The position numbers and the translations under genes are program-made. A stretch of 64,000 nucleotides of DNA from assembly GCF_054482525.1 (NCBI RefSeq), contig NZ_CM137006.1. The stretch is one strand, 5' to 3'. How positions within the stretch are numbered: position 1 is the stretch's first letter; each line of letters begins with the position of its first letter. Positions 1 to 12,282 of this stretch are shown piece after piece. Below the pieces are notes generated by a model, which was given only the letters and a program-made list of their open reading frames with translations, was not told the origin of the DNA and searched no databases.

Positions 1-662
1 CTTCCTCGTCAAACAGCTCCACGCGAAGTGCAATGTCATCCGATTCTGCCGGGAAGATATCAATCACCTCACCACGAACGCGGAAAGTACCACGCTGGAA
101 TGCCTGATCATTACGAGCGTATTGCAGCTCCGCCAGTCGGCGCAGGATCGCGCGCTGATCGATAATCATGCCGACCGTGAGATGGAGCATCATCTTGAGA
201 TATAAATCAGGATCGCCCAGACCATAAATCGCGGAAACAGACGCCACCACAATCACATCACGCCGCTCCAGCATCGCTTTGGTAGCGGACAAACGCATCT
301 GTTCAATATGTTCGTTAACCGAGGCATCTTTCTCAATGAAGGTGTCGGAACTCGGTACATAGGCTTCCGGCTGATAGTAGTCGTAGTAGGAGACGAAATA
401 TTCCACCGCGTTTTCCGGGAAGAATTCTTTCATTTCGCCATACAACTGGGCCGCCAGCGTTTTGTTGGGCGCAAGTATCATGGTAGGGCGCTGAAGATCA
501 GCAATGACATTGGCAATGGTGAAGGTTTTCCCGGAGCCAGTCACGCCAAGTAACGTCTGGTGCGCCAGGCCATCTTCCAGCCCCTCTTCGAGACGTCGAA
601 TCGCCTCTGGCTGATCGCCAGAAGGTTTAAAAGCGGAATTCAGTTTGAACGGTTTACTCATG
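1..662 (-). CDS. uvrB: UvrB excinuclease ABC subunit B, N-terminal ~220 aa only (3-prime part of gene lies beyond window start)
   Basis: Minus-strand frame from ATG at 660-662 reads [32 protein letters not shown]...[10 protein letters not shown] (Walker A); matches remembered E. coli UvrB. Confidence 0.93.
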
Positions 663-737
663 AGTCGCTACCTGAAGGAGTTGGGCGGGCAGGTATGTAA
701 TTTTACTCGTCGTACTTAATTATGCCAACAAATTATA

Positions 738-753
738 CTGGATAAAAAAACAG
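738..753. promoter_or_regulatory. LexA box (SOS operator) in uvrB promoter region
   Basis: ctggataaaaaaacag on plus strand = CTGT-N8-ACAG on the uvrB sense strand, ~80 bp upstream of uvrB start. Confidence 0.75.
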
Positions 754-1239
754 TTCCTCACCATAATATTTCTGTTACAGCGTAAACTCCGCTGTCAATC
801 ATGAGCAAAATTTACTCTGTGGCGAGATAAAACTCCGGCCTTACCGGGTTATCCCCAAAGCAACGGCTTTTTTAACATTTGTCAAGATGAGTGATGACAG
901 TTTTATGGCAAGAGATGCCTCTTCAATGACTGCCATTGCAATTATCTAACCAGTTAAAAAATAAAAGATATTTCTTTGAGCCGTCTTTAACGCCAATTCG
1001 CGTGCAAGCCGCGTATTCTCTCGCTTGCCTCGTGTTTTCTAACTCTAATACACATGGTTATCCACAGGAATAGTGGATAACTGTCTGCAGCCCCTATCCC
1101 CCGCCGCCTGGGCAATTCCCACATTCACCGCATGATGCGGAAGTAAAATTTTTTTCGTGATTATTTTAGAATTTAATTGGTTAAATTGCAGTCAACCGAA
1201 GACGCGATCTCGCTCGCAATTTAACCAAATACAGGATGG

Positions 1240-1917
1240 CTACAACAAGGCAAGGTTTATGTACTTTCCGGTTGCCGCATTTTCTGGATTTTCTGCAAGC
1301 CAGGGAATTTCGCCCAGCAGCGGCGCGGGAATCATGCGGGTGAGCGTGGTCATATATTCAGCGTGACGTTTTCCAGGAGGCGTGACATCATTCGCCACCC
1401 AACCCGCCAGAGTCAGTCCGGCGTGTTGTATTGCCTGTGCCGTCAACATCGCGTGATTAATACAGCCGAGTTTCACACCAACTACCAGTATCACCGGCAG
1501 TTGTTCCTGTGTTACCCAATCCGCAAAAGTCAAAGTGTCAGAAAGCGGCGTAAACCAGCCGCCAGCACCTTCCACTAACACCCAGTCAGCCTGTTGTTCA
1601 AGCGCGCGTAATCCGGCGCTCATTACCAATGATTCTATCGGCCTGCCCTCTTGTGCGCTGATGATGTGCGGCGAAGTGGGTTCTTCGAAGGTGTAAGGAT
1701 TTACCGTTGCGTAATCCAGCTGCAGGCTGCCGTTGTGCTGTAACGCCAGCGCGTCACTATTACGTAATCCGTCAGGGGTCTTTTCGCTGCCAGAGGCGAC
1801 CGGTTTATAACCTGCCGTCCGATAACCTGCTGCCTTCGCGGCTTGTAAAAGTGCACAACTGGCGACAGTTTTCCCCACTTCGGTATCCGTTCCGGTGACA
1901 AAATAACGTTTACTCAC
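1240..1917 (-). CDS. bioD: Dethiobiotin synthetase
   Basis: Supplied ORF 1240..1923; product [28 protein letters not shown] matches BioD; GTG start at 1915-1917 gives the expected 225 aa. Confidence 0.93.
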   Translation of the reverse strand: MSKRYFVTGTDTEVGKTVASCALLQAAKAAGYRTAGYKPVASGSEKTPDGLRNSDALALQHNGSLQLDYATVNPYTFEEPTSPHIISAQEGRPIESLVMSAGLRALEQQADWVLVEGAGGWFTPLSDTLTFADWVTQEQLPVILVVGVKLGCINHAMLTAQAIQHAGLTLAGWVANDVTPPGKRHAEYMTTLTRMIPAPLLGEIPWLAENPENAATGKYINLALL

Positions 1918-2665
1918 GAGCAATTACTCCCAAAAAAAGATGATACGTCAGAGGATATCGCCCCTGTTGTTGCGGCCAGGCCAGTTGCAATCGCTGCAAC
2001 TGCGAACGCGTTAATATTCGTGGGTAGCGCCCTTCATGAAGATGCGTGGCACCGATGCCTTTCAGCGATCGCATGGCACTGAGCGCATCAGCAAACCACA
2101 GCGTGACGGGCTGAATATGATGTTGATAATGCACGCCGTTCAGCGACTGTTCGATTTTATCTGGCGGTAAAAAGCGATTAGCATGCGGGCGCTCGTCCAC
2201 CACCTGCCACGCCTGATGTAATTCAGGGAGCGATCCCTGCACCAGCGTGGTAAACGCGACCACGCCTCCGGGGCGCACCACCCGATACAGCTCGCGAAGT
2301 GCCGTGGATAAATTACCGCACCACTGCACCGCGAGATTGCTCCATGCAAGATCGAAGGTTGCAGTCGCTAACGGCAGGGATTCGATATCTCCCGCCAGAT
2401 AATGGTCTGCGGCATCCTTCTGGCGTGCCTGAACAAGCATTGGCGGCGAGAGATCTAACGCCGTCACCTGCGCGTGACGTTCCCGCCAGTGGCGGCTCAT
2501 CCAGCCAGGTCCACAACCCGCGTCCAGTACGTGGGTGTATTTACGCTGTGGAAGCATTGCCAGTAAGACGTCAGCACTCTGGCGCTGTAGATCCGCATGT
2601 TGCTCATAGTGCGCGGCTGCCCGACCAAATGCCGCTGCAATGGCTTGTTTATTAACCGTTGCCAT
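1910..2665 (-). CDS. bioC: Malonyl-ACP O-methyltransferase
   Basis: ORF 1910..2704; internal start [28 protein letters not shown] gives 251 aa, SAM-methyltransferase motif LDAGCGPG; overlaps bioD start as in bio operon. Confidence 0.92.
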   Translation of the reverse strand: MATVNKQAIAAAFGRAAAHYEQHADLQRQSADVLLAMLPQRKYTHVLDAGCGPGWMSRHWRERHAQVTALDLSPPMLVQARQKDAADHYLAGDIESLPLATATFDLAWSNLAVQWCGNLSTALRELYRVVRPGGVVAFTTLVQGSLPELHQAWQVVDERPHANRFLPPDKIEQSLNGVHYQHHIQPVTLWFADALSAMRSLKGIGATHLHEGRYPRILTRSQLQRLQLAWPQQQGRYPLTYHLFLGVIARE

Positions 2666-3806
2666 GCAGCACCTCCAGCAGACGGTCGATATCCTGCATT
2701 TCATGCACGGCGGTTAGCGTTAAGCGCAGTCGCGCAGTACCAGCAGGTACGGTTGGCGGGCGAATCGCCGTGACCCAGCAGCCTTGCTGGCGCAGTTTTT
2801 TTGCCAGTTGTAACGCACGGCTGTTATCACCGACAATCAATGGCTGGATGGCGCTGCATGAATCAGCAAGCGTAAACGGCAAATCCTGTACTCCGGCACG
2901 AAAACGCGTAATGAGTGCCGCCAGTTTTTCGCGCCGTGCATCACCCTCATCACTGCGAATGACCGCCAGCGACGCACGTAATGCCTGCGCCTGAGCGGGC
3001 GGCATACTGGTGCTGTAAATAAGATGGCGGGCAAATTGCAGTAGATAATCCGCCACCGCATCGGAGCAAAGCACCGCTGCCCCGCTGACGCCAAATCCTT
3101 TGCCAAAAGTCACCACCAGCAATTCTGGTTTTACCTTTTGCAGCCAGCAACTGCCGCGCCCCTGCTCCCCGATAACGCCCGTGCCGTGGGCATCATCGAC
3201 CATCAACCAGCCATTGTGCTGTTGCGTTACCTGCTGGATTTCCGCCAGTGGCGCACTATCGCCGTCCATGCTGAACACGCCTTCTGTCACCACCAGTTGC
3301 TGCCCCGGACAGGGGGAAGCAAGCAGTCGCGCCAGATGAGCGACATCGTTATGGGTAAAACGGCGAAGCTGCGCCGGGCTTAAACTGGCAGCTTCCAGCA
3401 ATGAGGCGTGACTCAGCCGATCGGCAACAATACGGTCCTCTTTCGCCGTCATCGCGGTAATAACTGCCTGGTTAGCGGCAAAACCAGAGATAAACAGCAG
3501 CGCCCGTGAATAGCCCAGCCACTCGGCCAGTTCTTCTTCCAGCGCCTGATGCGCCACGCTATAACCGCTGACGTGACCGGAACCGCCGCTACCGACGCCA
3601 AATTGCTCCGCACCCTGCTTCCATGCACGAATGATGTCCGGATGATGGCTTAAGCCGAGGTAATCATTGCTGGAAAAGTTCACATACTGGCGATCATCCG
3701 CCACCAGCCAGCGTCCGGCCCCTTGCGCCACCGGATAACGGCGACGCAGGGCATCGGCAGCACGCCGCGCATCGAGCGCCGCGTTGATTTTCTCCTGCCA
3801 GCTCAT
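2652..3806 (-). CDS. bioF: 8-amino-7-oxononanoate synthase
   Basis: 384 aa [29 protein letters not shown]..., PLP aminotransferase class; operon position between bioB and bioC. Confidence 0.94.
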   Translation of the reverse strand: MSWQEKINAALDARRAADALRRRYPVAQGAGRWLVADDRQYVNFSSNDYLGLSHHPDIIRAWKQGAEQFGVGSGGSGHVSGYSVAHQALEEELAEWLGYSRALLFISGFAANQAVITAMTAKEDRIVADRLSHASLLEAASLSPAQLRRFTHNDVAHLARLLASPCPGQQLVVTEGVFSMDGDSAPLAEIQQVTQQHNGWLMVDDAHGTGVIGEQGRGSCWLQKVKPELLVVTFGKGFGVSGAAVLCSDAVADYLLQFARHLIYSTSMPPAQAQALRASLAVIRSDEGDARREKLAALITRFRAGVQDLPFTLADSCSAIQPLIVGDNSRALQLAKKLRQQGCWVTAIRPPTVPAGTARLRLTLTAVHEMQDIDRLLEVLHGNG

Positions 3807-4843
3807 AGTGCTGCCGCGTTGTAATATTCGTCAGTGTCCGGGGTCATCAGTGCCTGCTCCAGGCGCTGCTGTTGTTCGTTATCCCCTGCCAGCACGGCAG
3901 TTTGCTGCGGATTTAGCCCCAGTTTGCGGAACAGTTGCAGGTCTTTATCTTCTTCCGGATTCGGCGTGGTTAGCAGTTTGCAACCGTAGAAAATCGAGTT
4001 AGCCCCGGCCATAAAGCACATCGCCTGAGTCTGTTCATTCATCTGCTCGCGTCCGGCAGAAAGGCGCACGTAAGAGGTCGGCATCATGATCCGCGCTACG
4101 GCAATGGTGCGAATAAAATCAAAGGCATCGACATCATCGTTATCCGCCAGTGGAGTGCCTTTCACCTTCACCAGCATGTTGATTGGCACGCTTTCCGGCG
4201 GCGTCGGCAGGTTTGCCAGTTGCAGCAATAATCCAGCGCGATCTTTTACCGTTTCGCCTAAACCCACAATGCCACCTGAGCAGACTTTGATCCCGGCATC
4301 GCGCACTTTTTCCAGCGTATCGAGGCGTTCCTGATAGGTCCGTGTGGTGATGATATTGCCGTAAAACTCCGGCGAGGTGTCGAGGTTGTGGTTGTAGTAA
4401 TCCAGCCCGGCATTCGCAAGGCGCTGCGCCTGAGATTCACTCAACGTGCCGAGCGTCATACACGCCTCCAGGCCCATCGCTTTTACCCCCTGCACCATCT
4501 GCTCCAGATAGGGCATGTCGCGTTCGTGGGGATTCTTCCACGCCGCGCCCATACAGAAACGTGTCGATCCCGCCGCTTTCGCTTTGCGCGCCGACTCCAG
4601 CACCTGTTCAACTTCCATCAACCGCTCGGCTTCCAGCCCGGTTTTATAGCGCGAGCTTTGCGGGCAATATTTGCAATCTTCCGGACAAGCTCCGGTTTTA
4701 ATCGACAGCAAAGTGCTGACCTGGACCTGACGAGGATCGAAATGCTGACGATGCACCTGCTGCGCTTCAAACAGCAGATCCAGCAACGGTTTTTCAAATA
4801 ATTCTGTGACTTGCGACAATGTCCAGCGTGGGCGGTGAGCCAT
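3803..4843 (-). CDS. bioB: Biotin synthase (radical SAM)
   Basis: 346 aa [38 protein letters not shown] with [11 protein letters not shown] radical-SAM cysteine motif. Confidence 0.95.
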   Translation of the reverse strand: MAHRPRWTLSQVTELFEKPLLDLLFEAQQVHRQHFDPRQVQVSTLLSIKTGACPEDCKYCPQSSRYKTGLEAERLMEVEQVLESARKAKAAGSTRFCMGAAWKNPHERDMPYLEQMVQGVKAMGLEACMTLGTLSESQAQRLANAGLDYYNHNLDTSPEFYGNIITTRTYQERLDTLEKVRDAGIKVCSGGIVGLGETVKDRAGLLLQLANLPTPPESVPINMLVKVKGTPLADNDDVDAFDFIRTIAVARIMMPTSYVRLSAGREQMNEQTQAMCFMAGANSIFYGCKLLTTPNPEEDKDLQLFRKLGLNPQQTAVLAGDNEQQQRLEQALMTPDTDEYYNAAAL

Positions 4844-4879
4844 GGGGCTTCTCCAAAACGTGTTTTTTGTTGTTAATTC

Positions 4880-4926
4880 GGTGTAGACTCGTAAACCTAA
4901 ATCTTTTCAATTTGGTTTACAAGTCG
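4880..4926. promoter_or_regulatory. bio operator (BirA binding site) with divergent bioA / bioBFCD promoters
   Basis: Imperfect ~40 bp palindrome ...gactcgtaaacctaaatcttttcaatttggtttacaagtcg... between divergent bioB (start 4843) and bioA (start 4930). Confidence 0.8.
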
Positions 4927-4929
4927 ATT

Positions 4930-6219
4930 ATGACAACGGACGATCTTGCCTTTGACCAACGCCATATCTGGCACCCGTACACATCCATGACCTCCCCGCT
5001 ACCGGTTTATCCGGTGGCGAGCGCCGAAGGTTGCGAGCTAATTTTGTCTGACGGCAGACGCCTGGTTGACGGTATGTCGTCCTGGTGGGCGGCGATCCAC
5101 GGTTACAATCACCCGCAGCTTAATGCGGCGATGAAGTCGCAAATTGATGCCATGTCGCATGTGATGTTTGGCGGTATCACTCATGCGCCAGCCATTGAGC
5201 TGTGCCGCAAACTGGTGGCGATGACGCCGCAACCGCTGGAATGCGTTTTTCTCGCGGACTCCGGTTCCGTAGCGGTGGAAGTGGCGATGAAAATGGCGTT
5301 GCAGTACTGGCAAGCCAAAGGCGAAGCGCGCCAGCGTTTTCTGACCTTCCGCAATGGTTATCATGGCGATACCTTTGGCGCGATGTCGGTGTGCGATCCG
5401 GACAACTCAATGCACAGCCTGTGGAAAGGCTATCTGCCAGAAAACTTGTTTGCTCCCGCTCCACAAAGCCGCATGGATGGCGAATGGGATGAGCGCGATA
5501 TGGTGGGCTTTGCCCGCCTGATGGCGGCGCATCGTCATGAAATCGCCGCAGTGATCATTGAACCGATTGTCCAGGGCGCAGGCGGGATGCGCATCTACCA
5601 TCCGGAATGGTTAAAACGAATCCGCAAAATGTGCGATCGTGAAGGTATCTTGCTGATTGCCGACGAGATCGCCACCGGATTTGGTCGTACTGGCAAACTG
5701 TTTGCCTGTGAACATGCAGAAATTGCACCGGACATTTTGTGCCTCGGTAAAGCCTTAACTGGCGGCACGATGACCCTTTCCGCCACGCTCACCACGCGCG
5801 AGGTTGCGGAAACCATCAGTAACGGTGAAGCTGGCTGCTTTATGCATGGGCCTACTTTTATGGGCAATCCACTGGCCTGCGCGGCAGCAAACGCCAGCCT
5901 GGCGATTCTCGAATCTGGCGACTGGCAGCATCAGGTAGCGGCTATTGAAGTACATCTGCGCGATCAACTTGCCTCCGCCCGTGACGCCGAAATGGTTGCC
6001 GATGTGCGCGTACTGGGGGCAATTGGCGTAGTCGAAACCACTCGTCCGGTGAATATGGCAGCACTGCAAAAATTCTTTGTCGAACAGGGTGTCTGGATCC
6101 GGCCTTTTGGCAAACTGATTTACCTGATGCCGCCCTATATTATTAGCCCGCAACAGTTGCTGCGCCTGACCGCAGCGGTTAACCGTGCGGTGCAGGATGA
6201 AACATTTTTTTGCCAATAA
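4930..6219 (+). CDS. bioA: Adenosylmethionine-8-amino-7-oxononanoate aminotransferase
   Basis: ORF 4819..6219; true start [20 protein letters not shown] at 4930 gives 429 aa; class III aminotransferase. Confidence 0.94.
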   Translation: MTTDDLAFDQRHIWHPYTSMTSPLPVYPVASAEGCELILSDGRRLVDGMSSWWAAIHGYNHPQLNAAMKSQIDAMSHVMFGGITHAPAIELCRKLVAMTPQPLECVFLADSGSVAVEVAMKMALQYWQAKGEARQRFLTFRNGYHGDTFGAMSVCDPDNSMHSLWKGYLPENLFAPAPQSRMDGEWDERDMVGFARLMAAHRHEIAAVIIEPIVQGAGGMRIYHPEWLKRIRKMCDREGILLIADEIATGFGRTGKLFACEHAEIAPDILCLGKALTGGTMTLSATLTTREVAETISNGEAGCFMHGPTFMGNPLACAAANASLAILESGDWQHQVAAIEVHLRDQLASARDAEMVADVRVLGAIGVVETTRPVNMAALQKFFVEQGVWIRPFGKLIYLMPPYIISPQQLLRLTAAVNRAVQDETFFCQ

Positions 6220-6277
6220 CGGGAAGTCAGCGTGAGGGTTTCTGGCTACACTTTCTGCAAACAAGAAAGGAGGGGTC

Positions 6278-6754
6278 ATGAAACTCATCAGTAACGATCT
6301 GCGCGATGGCGATAAGTTGCCACATCGTCATGTCTTTAACGGCATGGGTTACGATGGCGATAATATTTCACCGCATCTGGCGTGGGATGATGTTCCTGCG
6401 GGAACGAAAAGTTTTGTTGTCACCTGCTACGACCCGGATGCGCCAACCGGTTCCGGCTGGTGGCACTGGGTAGTTGTTAACTTACCCGCTGATACCCGCG
6501 TATTACCGCAAGGGTTTGGCTCTGGTCTGGTAGCAATGCCAGACGGCGTTTTGCAGACGCGTACCGACTTTGGTAAAGCCGGATACGGTGGCGCAGCGCC
6601 GCCGAAAGGCGAAACCCATCGCTACATCTTTACCGTTCACGCGCTGGATATAGAACGTATTGATGTCGATGAAGGTGCCAGCGGCGCGATGGTCGGGTTT
6701 AACGTCCATTTCCACTCTCTGGCAAGCGCCTCGATTACTGCGATGTTTAGTTAA
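6278..6754 (+). CDS. ybhB: PEBP-family (YbhB/YbcL) protein
   Basis: 158 aa ORF MKLISNDLRDGDKLPHRHVFNGMGYDGDNISPHLAWDDVPAGTKSF; SD-like aggagg 9 bp upstream. Confidence 0.9.
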   Translation: MKLISNDLRDGDKLPHRHVFNGMGYDGDNISPHLAWDDVPAGTKSFVVTCYDPDAPTGSGWWHWVVVNLPADTRVLPQGFGSGLVAMPDGVLQTRTDFGKAGYGGAAPPKGETHRYIFTVHALDIERIDVDEGASGAMVGFNVHFHSLASASITAMFS

Positions 6755-6762
6755 TCACTCTG

Positions 6763-6795
6763 CCAGATGGCGCAATGCCATCTGGTATCACTTAA
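6763..6795 (+). terminator. Putative intrinsic terminator after ybhB
   Basis: Hairpin gccagatggcgcaatgccatctggt followed by T/A-rich tract. Confidence 0.4.
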
Positions 6796-6905
6796 AGGTA
6801 TTAAAAACAACTTTTTGTCTTTTTACCTTCCCGTTTCGCTCAAGTTAGTATAAAAAAGCAGGCTTCAACGGATTCATTTTTCTATTTCATAGCCCGGAGC
6901 AACCT

Positions 6906-8189
6906 GTGAACACATTTTCAGTTTCCCGTCTGGCGCTGGCATTGGCTTTTGGCGTGACGCTGACCGCCTGTAGCTCAACACCGCCCGATCAACGTCCTTC
7001 TGATCAAACCGCGCCTGGTACCTCTTCTCGCCCGATTCTGTCGGCAAAAGAAGCGCAGAATTTCGATGCTCAACACTATTTTGCGTCCCTGACGCCAGGT
7101 GCTGCAGCGTGGAATCCTTCCCCGATTACCCTGCCTGCGCAACCTGACTTTGTTGTCGGCCCGGCGGGTACTCAAGGTGTAACGCATACCACGATTCAGG
7201 CGGCGGTAGATGCGGCAATTATCAAGCGTACCAACAAGCGCCAGTATATTGCCGTGATGCCTGGTGAGTATCAGGGAACGGTATATGTCCCTGCCGCTCC
7301 GGGTGGAATTACTCTGTACGGTACAGGTGAAAAACCGATTGATGTGAAGATTGGGCTTTCCCTTGATGGGGGCATGAGCCCTGCCGACTGGCGTCATGAC
7401 GTCAACCCGCGCGGCAAATATATGCCAGGTAAACCAGCGTGGTATATGTACGATAGCTGCCAGAGCAAACGCAGCGACAGTATCGGCGTTCTCTGCTCTG
7501 CGGTCTTCTGGTCACAAAACAATGGCCTGCAACTGCAAAATCTGACCATCGAAAACACGCTGGGCGATAGCGTAGATGCGGGTAACCATCCGGCGGTGGC
7601 ACTGCGTACTGATGGCGACAAAGTGCAGATCAATAACGTCAACATTCTCGGTCGTCAGAATACCTTCTTTGTCACCAACAGTGGTGTGCAAAACCGTCTG
7701 GAAACCAACCGTCAGCCGCGTACTCTGGTGACCAACAGTTACATTGAAGGGGATGTGGATATCGTTTCTGGTCGCGGCGCAGTGGTGTTCGATAATACCG
7801 AATTCCGCGTGGTGAACTCTCGTACTCAGCAAGAAGCGTATGTGTTTGCACCGGCAACACTGTCTAACATCTATTACGGTTTCCTCGCCGTAAACAGCCG
7901 TTTCAATGCTTCCGGTGATGGCGTGGCGCAACTGGGCCGCTCGCTGGATGTTGATGCTAATACCAACGGTCAGGTGGTGATCCGTGATAGCGCCATCAAC
8001 GAAGGTTTTAATACGGCTAAACCGTGGGCCGATGCGGTGATTTCCAATCGTCCGTTTGCGGGTAATACCGGCAACGTTGATGATAACGACGAAGTACAGC
8101 GTAATCTGAATGACACTAACTACAACCGCATGTGGGAATACAATAACCGCGGCGTGGGTAGCAAAGTGGTTGCAGAGGCGAAGAAGTAA
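6906..8189 (+). CDS. ybhC: Outer-membrane lipoprotein YbhC (pectinesterase-fold, acyl-CoA thioesterase-like)
   Basis: 427 aa ORF, GTG start, lipoprotein signal MNTFSVSRLALALAFGVTLTAC with lipobox LTAC. Confidence 0.88.
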   Translation: MNTFSVSRLALALAFGVTLTACSSTPPDQRPSDQTAPGTSSRPILSAKEAQNFDAQHYFASLTPGAAAWNPSPITLPAQPDFVVGPAGTQGVTHTTIQAAVDAAIIKRTNKRQYIAVMPGEYQGTVYVPAAPGGITLYGTGEKPIDVKIGLSLDGGMSPADWRHDVNPRGKYMPGKPAWYMYDSCQSKRSDSIGVLCSAVFWSQNNGLQLQNLTIENTLGDSVDAGNHPAVALRTDGDKVQINNVNILGRQNTFFVTNSGVQNRLETNRQPRTLVTNSYIEGDVDIVSGRGAVVFDNTEFRVVNSRTQQEAYVFAPATLSNIYYGFLAVNSRFNASGDGVAQLGRSLDVDANTNGQVVIRDSAINEGFNTAKPWADAVISNRPFAGNTGNVDDNDEVQRNLNDTNYNRMWEYNNRGVGSKVVAEAKK

Positions 8190-8203
8190 AAGCTATTAAC
8201 TTT

Positions 8204-8312
<109 letters not shown>

Positions 8313-8329
8313 CATTCACATGGCGCTTT

Positions 8330-10591
8330 TTACATCTGACGGTTTTTATTGAAGTTAATCAAACTACCCGCCTTGATAATCTCGCGCTCTTCAGCAGTCA
8401 GACTTTCCATATAGAGCGTAATTTCCGTTACCGGCGCATCTTCATGGATCACATAACCTTTAAACGTCGTACCCGGATTATCCAGCGCCGCTTTAATGCC
8501 AGGGATGTAAATGTAATCCCCCACTTCAAACGTTGGTGCTTCCGCCATTTGCAGCGGTAACATCCCCCAGTTGATGACGTTAGAACGGTAGCGTTTAGTC
8601 GCGTATTCCTCGGCAATATTCGCCAGACCGCCAATCACACGCTGGCAGCTCGCCGCCTGCTCACGCGCAGAACCATCGCCTGGTTTCACCGCATAGACCA
8701 TGCTGCCAATTTCAGTTTGCAGCGGATCAATATGCTCCTGACCAGCAATCTGCTTAATGCGCGCAAACACCTCTGTCAGCTCGCTGACATTCCCCGCCAG
8801 ACGCTGATTTTCCAGTTCAGCAGTCGCTTTACTTCTGCCAACATAACCTGGATCGCGGCGTGACAGGGTAAACTCCGCCAGACCAATCGGATTTGAACGA
8901 TAAGAAGAGGTTTCACCGGAAGGAATCAGTTCGTCGGTGGTGGTGACTTCGTCGAGGATCTTCGAGCACACTTTGAGGACGATATTGTCAGTCAGCGCAC
9001 CCAATTCCGGCCAGTCTTTAATGTTCGGTCCGTAAATCAGCGGTTGCTGGGTCGCCCCTTTCACAAAGCCCTGATAAACACGGTTTTTATACGGCGTTAC
9101 ATCGAAGGCGTACTCCGGCACGTTGTCCCAGCAATCGAGTTCGCTGGCAGAGGTTAAATAGCCACCGTTTGCCGCAGTCGCAGCGATAGAACGAGCGTCC
9201 ATCAACGCCACCGCTGACATCTGCCCATTGGCTGGCTTAGAGCCTTCGCGGTTCGGGAAGTTACGCGTGGTGTGGCGAATACTCAAACCGTTGTTGATTG
9301 GCGTATCGCCCGCGCCAAAGCATGGGCCGCAGAACGCGGTTCTGATGATTGCGCCTGCGCCAATCAAATCTGCTACCACACCTTTTTTGGCTAAATCCAT
9401 AAACACCGGCTGTGATGACGGATAAACCGCCAGCGAGAAGGTGTCATTGCCACAGGATTGACCGCGCAGTGCATTCGCCGCCGCGATGACGTTTTCGTAG
9501 TTACCGCCAGAACAGCCCGCGATAATCCCCTGCTGCACTTTCAGGCGACCATTTTCAACTTTATCCAGCAGCGAGAGTTTGGCTTTACCGTGCGCCACGC
9601 GTTCGGACTCAATTTCAATCTCACGCAGAATGTCGGTCAGGTTCTGGTTTAGCGTGTCGATTTCATACACGTTGCTCGGGTGGAACGGCAGCGCAATCAT
9701 TGGTTTGATGGCGCTTAAATCAACGCTGATGCAGCCATCGTAGTACGCCATCGGTTGAGGGTTAAGCTGGCAGTAATCCTGACCGCGACCGTGCAGCGCC
9801 AGCCAGTTATGGACTTCTTCATCGGTTTGCCAGACAGAACTTAAACAGGTCGTTTCAGTGGTCATAACATCAACGCTGTTACGGAAATCGGTAGAGAGCG
9901 CAGCAACACCGGGACCTACGAATTCCATCACTTTGTTTTTGACGTAGCCGTTTTTGAACACGGCACCGATGATAGCCAGCGCCACATCCTGTGGCCCCAC
10001 ATACGGCGCAGGTTTTCCGGTCAGATGCACCGCAACCACGCCCGGATAGTCGATATCCCAGGTGTCATTAAGCAGCTGTTTTACCAACTCACCGCCACCC
10101 TCACCGACTGCCATTGTCCCTAATGCACCGTAACGGGTGTGGCTGTCTGACCCGAGGATCATTTTGCCGCCGCCTGCCATCATCTCACGCATATATTGAT
10201 GGATGACCGCAATATGCGGAGGCACAAAAATACCGCCATAACGCTGCGCTGCCGATAAACCAAAAACATGGTCATCACCGTTAATGGTGCCGCCGACGGC
10301 GCAGAGTGAGTTATGGCAGTTGGTCAGCACATACGGCAGCGGGAAACGTTCCATACCGGACGCTTTAGCGGTCTGTACAATACCAACAAAGGTAATATCG
10401 TGAGAGGCTAATGAATCAAACTTAATTTTAAGTTTATCCATATTTCCGGACGTATTATGAGAAGAGAGAATAGACCAGGCAATAGTGCCTTTTTTTGCTT
10501 CTTCTTTTTTAATTTCGCCGGTGAAATGTTCTTCGGCAATTATTTCGTTATTACTGGCGAGAAACACGCCTTTTTCAGATAACTTGATCAT
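8330..10591 (-). CDS. ybhJ: Aconitase-family putative hydratase
   Basis: ORF 8330..10615 (761 aa); start [17 protein letters not shown] at 10591 gives 753 aa; aconitase-like Cys/Gly-rich motifs. Confidence 0.88.
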   Translation of the reverse strand: MIKLSEKGVFLASNNEIIAEEHFTGEIKKEEAKKGTIAWSILSSHNTSGNMDKLKIKFDSLASHDITFVGIVQTAKASGMERFPLPYVLTNCHNSLCAVGGTINGDDHVFGLSAAQRYGGIFVPPHIAVIHQYMREMMAGGGKMILGSDSHTRYGALGTMAVGEGGGELVKQLLNDTWDIDYPGVVAVHLTGKPAPYVGPQDVALAIIGAVFKNGYVKNKVMEFVGPGVAALSTDFRNSVDVMTTETTCLSSVWQTDEEVHNWLALHGRGQDYCQLNPQPMAYYDGCISVDLSAIKPMIALPFHPSNVYEIDTLNQNLTDILREIEIESERVAHGKAKLSLLDKVENGRLKVQQGIIAGCSGGNYENVIAAANALRGQSCGNDTFSLAVYPSSQPVFMDLAKKGVVADLIGAGAIIRTAFCGPCFGAGDTPINNGLSIRHTTRNFPNREGSKPANGQMSAVALMDARSIAATAANGGYLTSASELDCWDNVPEYAFDVTPYKNRVYQGFVKGATQQPLIYGPNIKDWPELGALTDNIVLKVCSKILDEVTTTDELIPSGETSSYRSNPIGLAEFTLSRRDPGYVGRSKATAELENQRLAGNVSELTEVFARIKQIAGQEHIDPLQTEIGSMVYAVKPGDGSAREQAASCQRVIGGLANIAEEYATKRYRSNVINWGMLPLQMAEAPTFEVGDYIYIPGIKAALDNPGTTFKGYVIHEDAPVTEITLYMESLTAEEREIIKAGSLINFNKNRQM

Positions 10592-10654
10592 CAAATGCTC
10601 CAGATATCTGCGCACCGGAAAGTGCGCAGAAAGATAATAAATGGATATACTCTA

Positions 10655-10770
10655 AATAATTCGAGTTGAAGGAAGGCGACAAGCGAGTGAATCCCCAGGA
10701 GCTTACATAAGTAAGTGACTGGGGTGAGCGAACGCAGACGCAGCACATGCAACTTGAAGTATGACGAGTA
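10655..10770. repeat. ERIC (enterobacterial repetitive intergenic consensus / IRU) element
   Basis: Contains gtgaatccccaggagcttacataagtaagtgactggggtgagcg, the conserved ERIC core (the ERIC1R/ERIC2 primer sites). Confidence 0.8.
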
Positions 10771-10773
10771 TAT

Positions 10774-12207
10774 TTACAGCATGTTCCAGCCGATCAGCAT
10801 ATTCCACCACCACACGCCGAGGGTGATATGCACCAGGAAGGTTAATATCGTCAGTACCGCACCGACCAACCACCAGGATTTAATATCGTTGTAACCCACG
10901 CCAAAGATGACCGGACCTGCCGCGCCGCCATAGTGAGTAACCATGCCGCCATAGGAGTTAGAGAACAACAGTGCCAGCGCGGTTAACATTAACGGTGCGC
11001 CGGAGACGTTCGCCAGCATGGCAAATACCGGTAACATGGCAACGATATAGGCACTACCGGAAGCGAAGAAATAACGCACGATAATGCTGAGGAAAATAAT
11101 AACGAAGAAAGCAACGTTACCGTGACCATCAAATGCCAGGTTATTTTTAAAGACTTCAGCTAACCATTCGAAGAATTTAACTTTCGATAATAAGGAGCTT
11201 AAGCCGATAATACCGCCGTACCAGATTAAGGTATTCCAGCCGCCTTTATTTTTAACCACGTCTTCCCAGGTAACGATACCCAGCAGCAGCATAGTCGCCA
11301 TAACAACGATTGCCACGGTGGATTCATCAACCCCCAGTGACTTACTGAAAATCCAGCCCAGCAGCGCCAGCACGAAGACACCGAGCAGCATTTTTTCGCG
11401 GATTTTCATCGGTCCCAGTTCGGCAAGGCCCGCTTTGGCGATGGTTTTGTTATCCACCTTCTTAATTTCTGGCGGATACATGGTGTAAATCACCAGCGGG
11501 GTGACCAGCAGCATAATGATACCCGGCAATCCGGCGGCCAGCGCCCATCCACCCCAGCTAATTTGCAGGTGCAGAATGTCGTTGATCATTTTCAGCGCCA
11601 GAATGTTCCCCGCCATTGCGGTAAAGAACATATAGCTGGTGGTTTTGGTGACCATGTAAATGGACATCATCAGGTAATGTCCGACACGACGCGGGCTTTT
11701 TTCAGGTTCTGACCCCAAAGCCACCGCCACGCTGTTGATGATCGGTAACACAATGCCGCCCGCACGCGCGGTGTTAGACGGTGTTGCCGGAGCCAGTACC
11801 AGATCGAGGAATACCGTAACGTAACCCAGACCCAGCGTGGTGTTACCGATTTTACCAATCAGCAGATAGGCTATACGTTTACCTAAGCCGGTGGTCACAA
11901 ATGCGGCGCTTAAGGTGAACGCCGAGAACACCAGCCAGGTGGTACCTGAAGAGTAACCGCTTAATACGGCGGTGGTCTTAAACGCACCGTCGGATAAGTT
12001 ACCGACCACCACCATTGAGGCAGCAACGGCAATTAACAGTACGACAGGTTCCGGGAAAGGCTTGATAACCAGCCCCACAATGGCCGCCAGGTAAATACCA
12101 AAAAGCACCCACGCCAGTTCGCTTAATCCTGCCGGAGCTGGCATAAAGCCAATAATACATGGGATCGCTAATATCAGAATTAGCTTCCATAACGATTTTT
12201 TATTCAT
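10774..12207 (-). CDS. ybhI: Anion transporter, DASS/ArsB-like permease superfamily
   Basis: 477 aa highly hydrophobic ORF MNKKSLWKLILILAIPCIIGF... Confidence 0.88.
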   Translation of the reverse strand: MNKKSLWKLILILAIPCIIGFMPAPAGLSELAWVLFGIYLAAIVGLVIKPFPEPVVLLIAVAASMVVVGNLSDGAFKTTAVLSGYSSGTTWLVFSAFTLSAAFVTTGLGKRIAYLLIGKIGNTTLGLGYVTVFLDLVLAPATPSNTARAGGIVLPIINSVAVALGSEPEKSPRRVGHYLMMSIYMVTKTTSYMFFTAMAGNILALKMINDILHLQISWGGWALAAGLPGIIMLLVTPLVIYTMYPPEIKKVDNKTIAKAGLAELGPMKIREKMLLGVFVLALLGWIFSKSLGVDESTVAIVVMATMLLLGIVTWEDVVKNKGGWNTLIWYGGIIGLSSLLSKVKFFEWLAEVFKNNLAFDGHGNVAFFVIIFLSIIVRYFFASGSAYIVAMLPVFAMLANVSGAPLMLTALALLFSNSYGGMVTHYGGAAGPVIFGVGYNDIKSWWLVGAVLTILTFLVHITLGVWWWNMLIGWNML

Positions 12208-12282
12208 TTAAAATCCTGTTCTTTCTGTATGACTCATACAGAAGTCCTTTATTGATTGTCCTTATCCTGACAACGAATTTTT

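Noticed and set aside
4880-4926. Apparent single-base asymmetry in the bio operator left arm (tcgtaaacc versus ggtttacaag)
   Set aside because: Cannot verify the reference operator sequence from memory precisely enough to claim a variant; may simply be the natural imperfect palindrome
10591-10615. Alternative upstream start for ybhJ ([16 protein letters not shown])
   Set aside because: Internal Met at 10591 gives the expected 753 aa length; the 8-codon extension is unsupported
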